From NCBI RefSeq assembly GCF_039654945.1, contig NW_027361754.1, forward strand, positions 61,938,001 to 62,002,000: 64,000 nucleotides of DNA, written 5' to 3'. The stretch's first letter is position 1. Every line of letters starts with the position of its first letter. Source of the DNA: Dendrobates tinctorius (lineage: Eukaryota). A model generated the notes under the pieces. The model worked only from the letters and a program-made list of their open reading frames with translations, ran no database searches and was not told the origin of the DNA. This document shows positions 37,745-49,044 of the stretch, piece after piece. Position numbers and translations under genes: made by a program.

Positions 37745-39252
37745 TCCCCTTGCCGAAGTGTGTGTCGGCTTAAGAAATCTGCTTCTTGGTTGTCCTCTCC
37801 TCTGATATGAAGAGCTGAGAGGGACAACAAATTGCTTTCGGCTAAGTTTAAGATTCTTGCCGCAGAAGACATCAGATTCTCTGATCGAGTACCTCCTTGT
37901 CTGTTTATGTAGGCCACCGTGGTGGTGTTGTCCGACAGGATCCTGACATGTTTCTGTTGAAGCTGTGGAAGGAAATGATGTAGAGCATAGTATACTGCTG
38001 TCAGTTCTTTTAAATTAGACGAGTATTCTCTTTCCTCTCTATTCCATCTTCCTTGACAAAAGCTATTCCCCATATGGGCTCCCCAGCCTTGGGGGCTAGC
38101 GTCGGTGGTTAGGATACCAGATGGTACTATGACCCATGGGACTCCTGAGGATAGATGGTCATCATCTAACCACCATTCCAGAGAAGTCAAGACCTCCTGA
38201 GTTAGAGTTATCTTGCTCTCAAGGTGACCACCATGTCGCTTCTCCTCCTGGAGGATCTGATGCTGAAGTGTGCGGACATGATAATGGGCCCACCGGACTG
38301 CAGGGGCACAGGAATCTAGCGACCCCAATAGCGACATTGCCCCTCTCAGAGACATGCGTGGTCTATCTATGGCTGCCTCTACTTTCTCTTTTGTTAGTGC
38401 TATCTTTACCTGAGGAAGTAGACATTTCTGGGTTATGGAGTTCAATTGGAACCCCAAAAACATCTGGAGGGATTGCGGAACGAGCCTGGACTTCTGTATA
38501 TTGATGATCCAGCCTAGGTCCTGCAAAGATGAGATTGCATCAGCCACTCTTTCGGTACATTGGGTATCTGAGTTGCCGATTATTAGGAAGTCGTCTAAGT
38601 AAGGTACGATTAAAGTATCCTTTTGACGAACATAGGCCATCACCTCTGCCATCACCTTGGTGAAGATTCTTGGCGCTGTTGAGAGGCCGAAAGGCATGGC
38701 TTACTGAAAATGACGGACTTTGCCATCGAACACCACTGCGACCCTTAGATATTTTTGGTATCTATTATGGATAGGAAGATGATAGTAAGCATCTTTTAAA
38801 TCAATTCCCGCCATCACACAATTTGGAAAGAGAAGCTTTATGGTGGATCTGATTGATTCCATCTTAAACTTATAATTTTTTATAAACGTATTAAGCTTCT
38901 TTAAATTAATAATTGTTCTAAACGTACCATCTGGTTTGGAAATTAAAAATAAGGGAGAGTAGAAGCCTCTACCTTCCTGTCCCTCTGGGACCTCCACTAA
39001 AACCCCCTTGCTTAGTAGGCTCCGAATCTCTTCTTCGAGGGCCTTTTGTTGGGCTATAGAGTTAAGGCGGGTTAGGATAAAGAAATCATAAGGGTATTGA
39101 AGGAATTCTATTTTCATTCCCTCTTTAATAATACCCAAGATCCATGGGTTTGAGGATATTTGTTCCCATTTTGGATAAAAGAACCGTAATCTACCCCCTA
39201 CAGGTGGGTCTGATTTTTTATTTTCCCTTCGGAATGTTGGACCCCTGAACAT
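37324..39252 (-). pseudogene. DIRS-B RT-RNaseH-methyltransferase-like polyprotein, in-frame TAA at 38703-38701
   Basis: FYSPLFLISKPDG, IDLKDAYYH, MPFGLSTAP, YLDD, TTDAS, SDNTTTVAYINRQGG, VDLFA..YAFPP. Confidence 0.9.
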
Positions 39253-39364
39253 GGTACCCTTTTGTTTCTCTTCTTTTGCGGCCCATCTATTTGATCTTTC
39301 CGTTTGCCTCCTTCTTCCAAACGGTCGCCTCTTAAAGGTTCGCCTATAGAAAGGGATAGAAGAG

Positions 39365-40658
39365 TCAGGGAACGCCTTCTTCCTCTCCTTTGGCGAGTAT
39401 CTCGTCTAGGGCTTTTCCGAAGAGAAACTCACCCTCACACGGGGTTGCACAAATCTTAGCCTTTGATTGCGCGTCCCCCTTCCAGCTCTTCATCCACAAC
39501 GCCCTTCTGGCGTTGTTCACCAGAGCTGCTGATCTTGCTGCCAGCCGTAGAGTGTCCGCCGACGCATCAGCCAAAAAGGCAGCTGCCCCTCTAATTAATG
39601 GGATAGCGGCCCGTAATTTTTCTCTGGACACCTTTTGCTCGATTTGCTAATCCAGCTGGTCCAACCACACGAGCATAGATCTAGTGGTGCATGTGCTGGC
39701 TACCGCTGGCTTAAAAATACCCGTGGTAGCTTCCCAAGACCTCTTCAATGATGATTCTGCCTTGCGGTCTAACGGGTCTGCCAACAAGCCTGCGTCCTCT
39801 ACTGGAATAGCCGATTGTTTCGAGGTAGAGGATATAACGGCATCCACTTTTGGCACTTTGGTCCATTTTAATAGCTCCTCATCGCTATATGGATACTTTC
39901 TTTTTGAGGCTGATGGGAGAAAACTTCTTTGGTCATGTTTTTCCCATTCCCTCTTTATTAGGGCCTTAATCGCCGGTATTACCGGGAACGCTCTCCTTTT
40001 CTTTTCCGCCAATCCCGCAAACATTATGTCTTGTGCGGTTTGGGCACCCCTTGGTTCCTCACACCCCATAGTGCTTCTCACCGATTTAACTAGGTTGTCC
40101 ACACTATCCAGGGGGAAACATGACCGTCCCTCCATGTCTGATGATGACGAGGATGTGAGTGAGGAGTCAGAGAAACCACCTTCTTCCTCTGAGCTGAGGG
40201 TTAACTGCTTTTTGCTGCCAGTCTCTGAGGGAGTTTTGGCGCGGTTAATAGCCTGTATCTCCTCCCTGATTATAGCTCTAATGTCCTTTGTCGACAATGC
40301 GGCCCCCTGCTTTGTCTCTCTGGTGCACTGCTTACAGAGCTTCTTAGGGTAGGAGTCAGGGAGAGGTTCAGAGCATAACGCACATTCTTTATGCTTGGAT
40401 TTCTCCTTTTTCTTGGTCTAGAAGGGGACACCAAGGCGGGGGGGGTGGAGAGGTCAGCTTAGTAGGCAGAGTATATACTTTGCACACTCACCCAGTGAAG
40501 CCTTATATTACCGGATCAGATGGCTGAGATCCCGTCCTAGGTCTTGACTCTCCAGTTTCGCTCCTGCGCCCGGTGTCTGTCCTAGTGTTGCGGTCCCTGG
40601 TGGAGCTGCCCCCCGCAGAATCTCCTGCTGGAGCGTGCGCTTCCGTTGGGGACGACAT
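39365..40658 (-). pseudogene. DIRS-B gag-like ORF1, probably spliced, with in-frame TAG at 39649-39647
   Basis: CxxC..CxxC finger, WTKVPKVDA, DPLDRKAE, ARRALWMKSW, EFLFGKALDE typical of vertebrate DIRS ORF1. Confidence 0.75.
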
Positions 40659-43410
40659 GGCTTGTCCCTGCTCAGCTGCGCGCTGTTTAAATAGATTGCG
40701 CGCTGCTTTAAATTGGTCTTTTTTTTTTTTTCTTCTCCCCCCGGAAGTCGCTCCACCCCGGGATTTCCCCGCACATGCGCCGTCGCGCTCAGCCATCCTA
40801 CCCCGGAAGTTCAATCATTACTTCCGGGGTTAAGGAGTCTCCACGCCGGCCGGCCACCGCCTGTTCTCTGCGGCCTGCGCCCACCGCCGCCTCACGGGAG
40901 CCTCTCTTCTTTTTTTCTTCGCGCCACAGGCGCACTTACCCGGGCAGCGGCGGCGCCTTGGTGCCTCCCCGGCGCACTCCTGGGTGAGACCGGGCGGCCC
41001 ACCCCGGACCCGGTCATCACCCTCCATCTGCCAGATGAGGGGGGAGCCGTCTAGCGGAGTCTCCCCCGACGCTGCCTCCGGACCGCAGCCCCTGCCGTTC
41101 CCAAGGAGACTGCACAGGCGGCATGCATGGCCCAGGTAAGCTTCCTGAAGGATCCTGGCTCCGTCTGGAACAGGAAACCAAAAACTGAGGAGGAGAGGCG
41201 GACCGCCCCCTTTTATCTTTCCTGTAGGGTTTCCTGTTCCAAATGGGGCGGATCCGATACCTCCAGTGGGTGCTGTCGTGGCGAAGGGTAAAAGTGAGGA
41301 AATTGGTTATTGCCGCCAGAACCCCTAAAATTTATTCCATCTTGAAGACACATGCTGGAAAAGGGGCAATTGTCGATCAAGCCACTCGGTGGGGCAGCAC
41401 CTATTTAATGATTGAGTGATTGCTTGATCTACAACCGTTTCTTATAGATATGATGAACCCTCAGGTAACCCTAAATGAAGGTCAATGGACACAGGTGGCT
41501 GAATTGAAGGAATTGCTTAATCACCCATTTACCGTGACTAAAAGATTACAAGCTGAGGATTTAACTCCTGGCATTTTTATAAGGGAGTGGAAGAACTTGC
41601 TATTTTGCCTGTCCCAAAGAGGAGGTTTAATCGCATATGGCAGTTCTGCTTCAATGAAACAGAGAGAGACACAGCTATTGGAAAATAAATTTTTTCTGGC
41701 AGCTGTTTATGTGGACCAGAGTCATCGTATACTGCTTGATGATCAACAGCTTACTAAAGGAAAAGAAGCTGACTGAGGTAGCAGTTAGGATGAGTGGCCT
41801 ACAGGAGAACTGCCAGGCGCAGAGAACTTGGGTCCTGACAGTGCTACTGCTGCCATATCTTCATCCTCATCAGATGAGGCGTTTGACTTTGACAAGTATT
41901 TGGATGACATGGAGCAGGCAAAGCATTGCCGCAAGGAAAAAGATTTCACTCCGTCTCCTATAGCAAGAATATTGACCATATTTCAGCAAAATGTTTCACT
42001 TGCTCTCAAAGAAATAGAAAAATTCAACTGTTCATCAAAACTGACTGTGCATGAGGCAATTCCTTTATACCCAGAAATTGTTAGAGATGTTGCTCATTTG
42101 GTTACTGCTTTGCCTCCAACCCAAGTTAGTGTAGAGAGGTTGTTCTCTGGCCTTAAAATTATTAGGTCAGATTTGAGGTCATCTATTATGGAGGATCTGA
42201 TGGAGGTAATTCTATTTATTAGAACAAATTCATAGACTGCACAAATGTTATTTAGTAGGTTTTTGTTGAAAACTGTTTTTTGCCACTTACATAGTTTATT
42301 ACATAGTGATAGATAGATATATATATACACACACACACACACACACTATACACCGGACTGCACCCAGGCCACGTCCAAGAGTGCGCTGGGCGCCACCGGG
42401 GGCATCTCCGCTGCGCGCCCGGAATGCGGCGCTAGAGCACACACACCGCCACCAGCCCACCATACTCACTTGCACCGTGAGCGCTGGAGTGGGATGTGGA
42501 GTTGGTAAGCCAAACCTCCGACTCCAACTCAGACTCCTCAATTTCCATGACACCGACTGACTCCACGACTTCGACTCCCTCATGCCAGGGCTGTGGAGAT
42601 GGTAAGCCAAACCTCCGACTCCAACTCCTCAATTTCGATGACACTGACTCCATCAAAATGGGCTCCGACTCCACAGCCCTGCGTCAGACCACGATTTAGC
42701 CAACCATCCTTCCTGGAGACCGCTTGACTGCTGCCACTTTACAATCATGCAGGCCCCTTGGACCCACTGTGGCGCTTCCAGGGCACCGGACCGGCCGAAA
42801 CAGGGGACCCCCGCTGCCTGAGCCGACCGGCCGGCCTTGGAAACATCTTCTACCTTCTTCACAGGTATGTCTGAAGAGATTCACCTGTCAGGGACAGGAA
42901 ACCAACTGATGCGGGAGAGAGGTGCCGCCCTTTTATGTTTGTAGGTTTCCTGTCCCTGAAGAGCGAATCCCATCTCTCGTGGTGCTGTCATAGGAGAATG
43001 GAAAAAAAATAAATTTTTATTTACTTTGAAAATTGTTTTTGAGCATTATTAGTATTTACGGGGTTAAGAGATGGAGTGCGATTGTCTCTGTCATTCCTGA
43101 CGAAGAGGTCTTGGTGCTCCAAATTACAATTATTCTGATTAGATGATAAAGGAATCATTCCTGTGATAATTTTATGTAAAAAAAAAAAAAAAAAAAAAGG
43201 CAAAAGTATTTCATACATTCTTCTCGATAAGACTGTACTAATAATTACCTTGAAAAGGGTTGTAAATAATTGCCAACCAGCACTCGTTACGGGAAGTGAT
43301 AGCCACCTTTAGAGATGGATGATCATTGGGGGTCATATTTTTAAGTACCCACCAGTTTCCCTATGCAGAATCCTGCCTATTATGAGACTGATTGTTTGAT
43401 GCAAGCTTAA

Positions 43411-44093
43411 AGGGAGCCTGTCAGCAGGATTTAGCACTATACAGTAAAGGTACGGCCATAATTGCACTATTACTCTGATTAAATTGATACCTTTGTTGAA
43501 GGTATCCGATCAGTGGTTCTTTTTAAATGATGGCATTAACTTTTCTTCTGATGACGTCTGCTGTGCATCAGGGCGGGCCTGGGGGGTGGTTGAGGTCTTC
43601 TTTTGCTCCGAACCCTCATCCTATCTCCTGTGTTTCAACAGGTCTCTGATCATTCAGTGACATACCTCAGTTTTAAAAACTCACTCCACCATCATTGGGT
43701 GGGTGGCGCGTGCGCAGTTTGATATCTCGGCTCAGATATCGATCTGCGGCACATTTTATTGAAAACCCGAAGGCTAGATGTGAGATTTCACACTGCACAC
43801 ACGCCATTCATCTGATGATGGCGGAGTGAAATTTCAAAACGGAGGCGGGTCACTAAATAATCAATGACCTGTAGAAACATAGGAGGCACAGGAGGGTCCC
43901 GGAGCTGAAGAAGAGCCCGACCTCAGGTCTGCCCCAATGCACAGAAGACATAATTACAAGAAAACTTAAAAGCATGATTGAAAAAGAACCACTGATCGGA
44001 TTCCTTCAGCAAAACGTATTAATTTAATTAGCGAAACAGTGCCATTATGGCCGTACCTTTACTTTATAAATAAATCCTGCTGACAGCCTCCCT
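43411..44093. mobile_element. T2/Kolobok-type MITE
   Basis: TTAA|AGGGAGCCTGTCAGCAGGATTT...AAATCCTGCTGACAGCCTCCCT|TTAA; long inverted arms. Confidence 0.8.
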
Positions 44094-44737
44094 TTAATGG
44101 CTGAATGCAAACTGCATGGCGATGAACAATCAATTTGATACATCGGTAGCCACAAATTGCTTTTCATTGGCAGCACATGAAGTATTTATTGGAGGAGAGG
44201 TGCTGTTGCTGCTGACAAGCGTACAATCTGCCGATGAACAAGAGTTTTACTAGACTGATCGCTGGCATTTTAGAACAAGCCAATGATTCAGAACAATAGT
44301 CCTTACGAGTGCACATTTGGTCCATAATCAGCCCACGTAAAAGAGCTGTAAAGGAATGGTCTCACAATAACTGGGTAAGTTGTAAAGTGATCGTGAAATC
44401 AAGTAACTTTATAATTGTCCTCTTATTAAAAATCCTCTCTGTTCTCGAGAACAGGGGAGGATTATTATTGCCATAGTTGCTAGAGCTACTGGCCCCCTCA
44501 GCGGCTTCATAAAGGAGAGCGCGTGCTTGCATTGATATTGTGTGGACATGGCCGGGCTCAGACTGTCCATACACACACGCAGATAAGTAGGCTGACCATT
44601 CAGCCTTGTGTTCTGGGCAATAGAGCATTGTCAACCAGAAGCAGGGGAAACCCTAAAATTCAAACTGAAGGGGGATATTTTGGGCATGAATCCTCGGCCA
44701 CACCAATGTTGCACTGAAGCACCCTCATTTCCATTAA

Positions 44738-45048
44738 AGGGAATCTGTCACCCCATTTTTGGCCTATAAGCTGCGGCCACCGCCATCAGGGGCTTATCTA
44801 CAGCATTCTGTAATGCTGTAGATAAGCCCCCAATGTAACCTGAAAGATAAGAACAACGAGTTAGAGTATACTCACCCGGCGTCCGGTCCGCGACACCCAT
44901 CGGACCGGACGCTGGGTGAGTATAACTCATTTTCCTAATCTTTCAGGTTACATCGGGGGCTTATCTACAGCATTACAGAATGCTGTAGATAAGCCCCTGA
45001 AGGCGGTGGCCGCAGCTTATAGGCCAAAAATGGGGTGACAGATTCCCT
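44738..45048. mobile_element. Young palindromic T2/Kolobok MITE
   Basis: TTAA|AGGGAATCTGTCACCCC...GGGGTGACAGATTCCCT|TTAA; near-perfect arms. Confidence 0.9.
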
Positions 45049-45082
45049 TTAAAAATAACTTTCTCAGGCTTTGTACCACTAA

Positions 45083-46377
45083 GGCTGAGTTCACACGTGG
45101 CGTTTTTTTTTTCGCTTCCGAGGCGGTTTTAGGCTAGTTTCACATTAGCGTTTACGGCCGCAGTGTCGGGCTGCGCACGGCCGCCTCTAAGCCCCGCCCC
45201 TGCCGCGCCTCCGCCAGTAGCTCCGCCTATGGATGCATGACGCTGCATGCGTCCCCTATCTTTAGCACTGGGGACGCAGGCCGTGCGCAGGTATGCGTTT
45301 GGCGGCGCATGCGTCCTTTTGACGCTGCGCCGACCAGCGCCAAACGCAACAGGTTGCAATTTGGTGCGCTCGGCGCAGCGTCAAAAGGACGCATGCGCCG
45401 CCAAACGCATGCCTGCGGCCCCAGTGCTAAAGATAGGGGACGCAGGACGCATGCAGCGTCATGCGTCCGTAGGCGGAGCTACTGGCGGAGGTGCGGCAGG
45501 GGGCGGGGCTTAGCGGCGGCCGTGCGCAGCCCGACGCTGTGGCCGTAAACGCTAATGTGAAACTAGCCTTAACCGCGCGATTTTGCCACGAAAAATAAGC
45601 ATCCCATGCATTCCTATGGGATTCCGCAATGCTGTGCTAATGCTGCGGTTTCTACCGCGGCGGAATCGCTTCGCGGTAAAAACGCAGCATGCGCATTAAT
45701 TTTGCGGAATTGCGGCGATTCCGCACCCATAGGAAGGCATTGTTCTGGTTACTTTCCGCATGTGGCTGTGCACACCATGCAAAAAGTAAGCAGAACATTT
45801 GCGGATGGTACCCACGGTCAGTCTCCTCTCCTCCGGGCTGTGGGTACCATATCCCTGTAAAAAATAGAATTTAAAATAAAAAATATTGTTATTCTCACCT
45901 TCCGGCGTCTCGCGCAGCCTTCCCGCCTCTCTCCACGCTCCCAGTAAGCCTTTGCGAGCGATGACGTCCGTTCTTGTGGGATCGCGAAGTCTCACGGTCA
46001 TCGCGGTAATTGTCGCAAAGGATTACTGGGACCGGGCGCGTGGAGAGAGGCGGGAAGGCTGCGCAAGACGCTGGAAGATGAGAATAACAATATTTTTTTT
46101 TTTATTATTACTTTTTAGATTCTAGCTTTCACTATGCCTCAATAGTAAAAAGTTGGTCACACTCGTCAAACACTATGACGAGTGTGACCAACCTGTCAAT
46201 CAGTTCTCCAAGTGATGCTCCAGATCGCTTGGAAAACGCTAGCAATTCTGCAAGCTAATTACGCTCGCAAAATGCTAGTTTTTCCGCGGAAAAATCGAGG
46301 GAATTTAAAATGCGATTTTCCCGCGGAATGGAATTCCGGAATTCTCGCGGTAATTTCCGCTACGTGTGAACCCAGCC
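45083..46377. mobile_element. Harbinger-type MITE with nested MITE
   Basis: TAA|GGCTGAGTTCACACGT...ACGTGTGAACCCAGCC|TAA. Confidence 0.8.
45132..45568. mobile_element. Nested near-perfect palindromic Harbinger-type MITE
   Basis: TTA|GGCTAGTTTCACATTAGCG...CGCTAATGTGAAACTAGCC|TTA. Confidence 0.9.
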
Positions 46378-47040
46378 TAACAGGTGCAGTGCTAGTAAGA
46401 TTTCTATAGGGGATAAGTACCCATATCACTGTACAGCCAGAATATCATGCATTTTGAGGGTGACAGACCCTCTTTATAAAGCCATAGAACAGTGCTGCTC
46501 CCAACAGCTCCAGTTAAAGAAACACTGTTTATCCTCTTACTATATTGTAGTCATCATAATATATAGCATTGTGTACTTACAATTGCTCATTTTACCTTTC
46601 TGCCCAGCTAATTCTTCTCTTTCTCATTAGGTCTATGACATCACGTGATTAAAAACTGACTTGCCGAATCCTTTTAAGCTCTATGAAGAATCAAGAGGTC
46701 AATTTTCCCTTTATGACTCAGGAGTCATCACTGCAAAAGTCCCTTGCAGGAGGGAGCTGCTGGGTCAGGAGGTGAAGCGGGGAATGATAAATGCAGGGAC
46801 AAGAGACTTCCTGTTTCTACATAGAGCAGAAAAAAGTGAAGAATTATCTGGGCAGAAATGGAAAATAATTACCAATTGTAAGTACATAGTGCTATATGAT
46901 GATTGCAATTCACGGCACTGACTGAGGTCAGGAGTGGCGCTGTGCTGAAACCCGCAGACTCTGATGCCTGGGCTCCCGGTGATTATACCCCAAGTGAATA
47001 GACAGACAAGGCACCACATGTAATGATGAGAAGTCCTAAC

Positions 47041-47190
47041 CTTAGTTTGCTCATTCAGTGTTTCGCTATTAAGATCCTTCAGGAGATCGTCCACAAACCC
47101 CTCCGGGGGCGAACTGAGTACAAAGGATTTGGGATTGGAAGCAAAAGTCGCCACATCTCTGGCCCAGCTGCTGTTACTTCTCTCCGCCAT
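47041..47190 (-). CDS. AP5B1: AP5B1 first coding exon (MAERSNSSW...DLLKDLNSETLNEQTK, 50 aa); exon extends to acceptor at 47226
   Basis: ATCATGG Kozak; AAG|GTTAGG phase-0 donor; matches human DLLSDLRSEKLSEQTK|V junction. Confidence 0.92.
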
Positions 47191-47311
47191 GATGCTCAAG
47201 AGGCGTCAGGATCAGAAAACCAAATCCTGAAAGTAAAAAAATAGGCCAAAAGTAATGAGGTGCAGCATGCTGGGATCTGTAGTCCCTCTGTTGTACACAC
47301 TGCTACCTTAC

Positions 47312-47420
47312 CTGCTGCGTCAGCGCCATTCAGCCGTGATACTCGCTGAATCCCCCTGACGGTAACGCAGGACTCCCGTGCACATGACTGTGACCACCGC
47401 GACCTCTGGTAAACCCCCTA
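47312..47420 (-). other. AP5B1: Probable non-coding 5'UTR exon of AP5B1 (5' end approximate)
   Basis: CAG|GTAAGG donor at 47312/47311 and TTTTTTACTTTCAG acceptor at 47227 define an 85-nt intron. Confidence 0.55.
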
Positions 47421-48060
47421 ACGGTAGCGCGAAAGTAGCTAAACAGGAAGTTGCCTACAGCTGACCGGAAATGACGCACTCAGGCGGCCATCTTTGACGT
47501 GGGCACATCGGATTTCCTTACACTTATGTATATGTCCAAGTACAGAGATAAATACAATAATTTTAACAAGCGTGAATAAAATAATGAAATGTTACCGAGA
47601 GTGCTGCGACAGAGTGCTGTGTACGTCTTTAAAACGGCCACGGTTGCCCACAGTAAAGATGGCGTCACGGAATAGCTCGCCTTTTGAAAATAGACTGCAA
47701 TCTCAGCCCTTTTGAACGCGGTGACGTAATGACGTTCTGCTTGCCCCTGCCCATCAGCCGAGGAAACCCTGTGTAGAGCTGCCAACGCCCGGTGGAGAGA
47801 CGGGGAGAGAGTGAGGTAGGTGGGCGCTGTTACCCGGCCGGTAAGAAGTCGGGGGGAGTATTGGGGAAGGTCGGAGCGACCCGGCGGCTGAGAACCGGGA
47901 CGTCGCGTACAGGGCTCCCCGCAGTGGCCGACGGTGACCCGGGACCTCCGGCTTCGCTCATAGCGAGGGTAATATAGTCCTATTGTGCACGGTATGTGCT
48001 CCCCGGCATTGTGTGGGTGACGCGGATTTCTGGTGTTAGGCGGCGGGTGACATGGCAGCA
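47320..48060. promoter_or_regulatory. CpG-rich bidirectional promoter (AP5B1 on -, unidentified transcript on +)
   Basis: High CpG; ETS CAGGAAGT/CCGGAAAT (~47444-47472); opposed YY1-like motifs (GGCGGCCATCTT ~47483, AAGATGGCG ~47656); TGACGTAA; + donors GAG|GTAGGT (47815) and CCG|GTAAGA (47840). Confidence 0.65.
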
Positions 48061-49044
48061 CTGATACTACTGGTTTTCAGTAGGAGGTGGATGTATGGGG
48101 TGTTTAGTCATTAAAGGGGGTGATAGCCCCCTGGCGTCTGTAGGAGTGTTGCTCATGATGTATTGGGGTGTGTTCATAATCCTGGGGGTGCTGCCACTGG
48201 GGGTGTACATAAATCCTGTGCTCACATCTTAGGGAAGGCTGGCACTGAATCTGGGGGTCATTATCAGTGCACACTCACAAATGGGGCTCCGAGCAGTGTT
48301 GTGTACATGGGGGTGACCCGATCGGGGGGGCTCTGGGCCCCCTGACTGCTGTTATTGATATTCTGCAATTATGGATCAGGCAGAGGATGATGGAGACTAT
48401 AGGGGGATGGGGAGCAGGGCGGAAATGCAGCAGGGAGGAGGCCGCGGGGGAGGGAGGAGGGGCAGCTGCCTGCTATATGTCACCCTGCATCCAGCCTGAT
48501 GCACTACATGCAGGCGCTGCATCACCAAGATGTGCTCAGTGGATATAGTGCATGTATACTGGGGCCTAGGTGCAGAATGCTCACAATGGGGTTCCTTAAT
48601 ATGACACAATCTAACAGTGTGCGTTGTACTCATGGATTCTGGCTGTACATTTTGCAGTGGCATCCACAGTGATGACGACAGGTGGCCGCAGCGGTGAGCC
48701 CAGAGTGTGAGTGTACAGTGAAGTTTAGTTTGCTATTTTAGCCCCAGATTCGAACACTGAAATTTTAAAGGTACAGGGTCATCGGTTTTTGACTCTCAAC
48801 AAATGCCACCACCTTTTATCTGCTCCTGTACTGCATTCCACAAATGTGGATATGGTCTCCTGACTCCCCCTTTAAACCCCAAAAATATCATTAGAATTGT
48901 TCCCGCACAGTATTTAAGTGAGAGTGATGTCCATCGGACTGGACCATCGCGGCGGTGTCTGTGCCTCCTCTCTGCTCCTAATCTCTGTTCTGACCCTTCC
49001 TTCTAACCTTTCTTCCCTTTATTCTTTTACTTTTTTCCTTTCTT

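Larger units (their letters stand above)
35949..41293 (-). mobile_element. Young, near full-length DIRS1-like retrotransposon (DIRS-B)
   Basis: Near-identical ITRs (~35980-36088 vs ~41181-41281); ICR 36213-36295 complementary to both termini; A/T-run ends; gag, RT-RNH-MT and YR ORFs. Confidence 0.95.
35690..42681 (+). mobile_element. hAT transposon relic (transposase pseudogene 35690-35946 + 41294-42235; right TIR ~42669-42681), split by DIRS-B
   Basis: HHMRCVVYMLQLA, DQATRWGSTYLMIE, hATC motif LPPTQVSVERLFS; CTCCACAGCCCTG end. Confidence 0.85.
31486..43005 (-). mobile_element. Old DIRS1-like retrotransposon (DIRS-A), degenerate, gag region deleted, host of nested insertions
   Basis: Inverted termini ~31520-31610 vs ~42905-42995; ICR 31751-31826; frameshifted YR (LSTRA...ICKAATWSSPSTFFKHY), RT (YLDDFL, LPFGL), RNH/MT (PDIDLFA, YSFPP). 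Confidence 0.85.

Noticed and set aside
47480-48061. 193-aa minus ORF over the CpG island
   Set aside because: GC-rich promoter sequence; no recognisable homology
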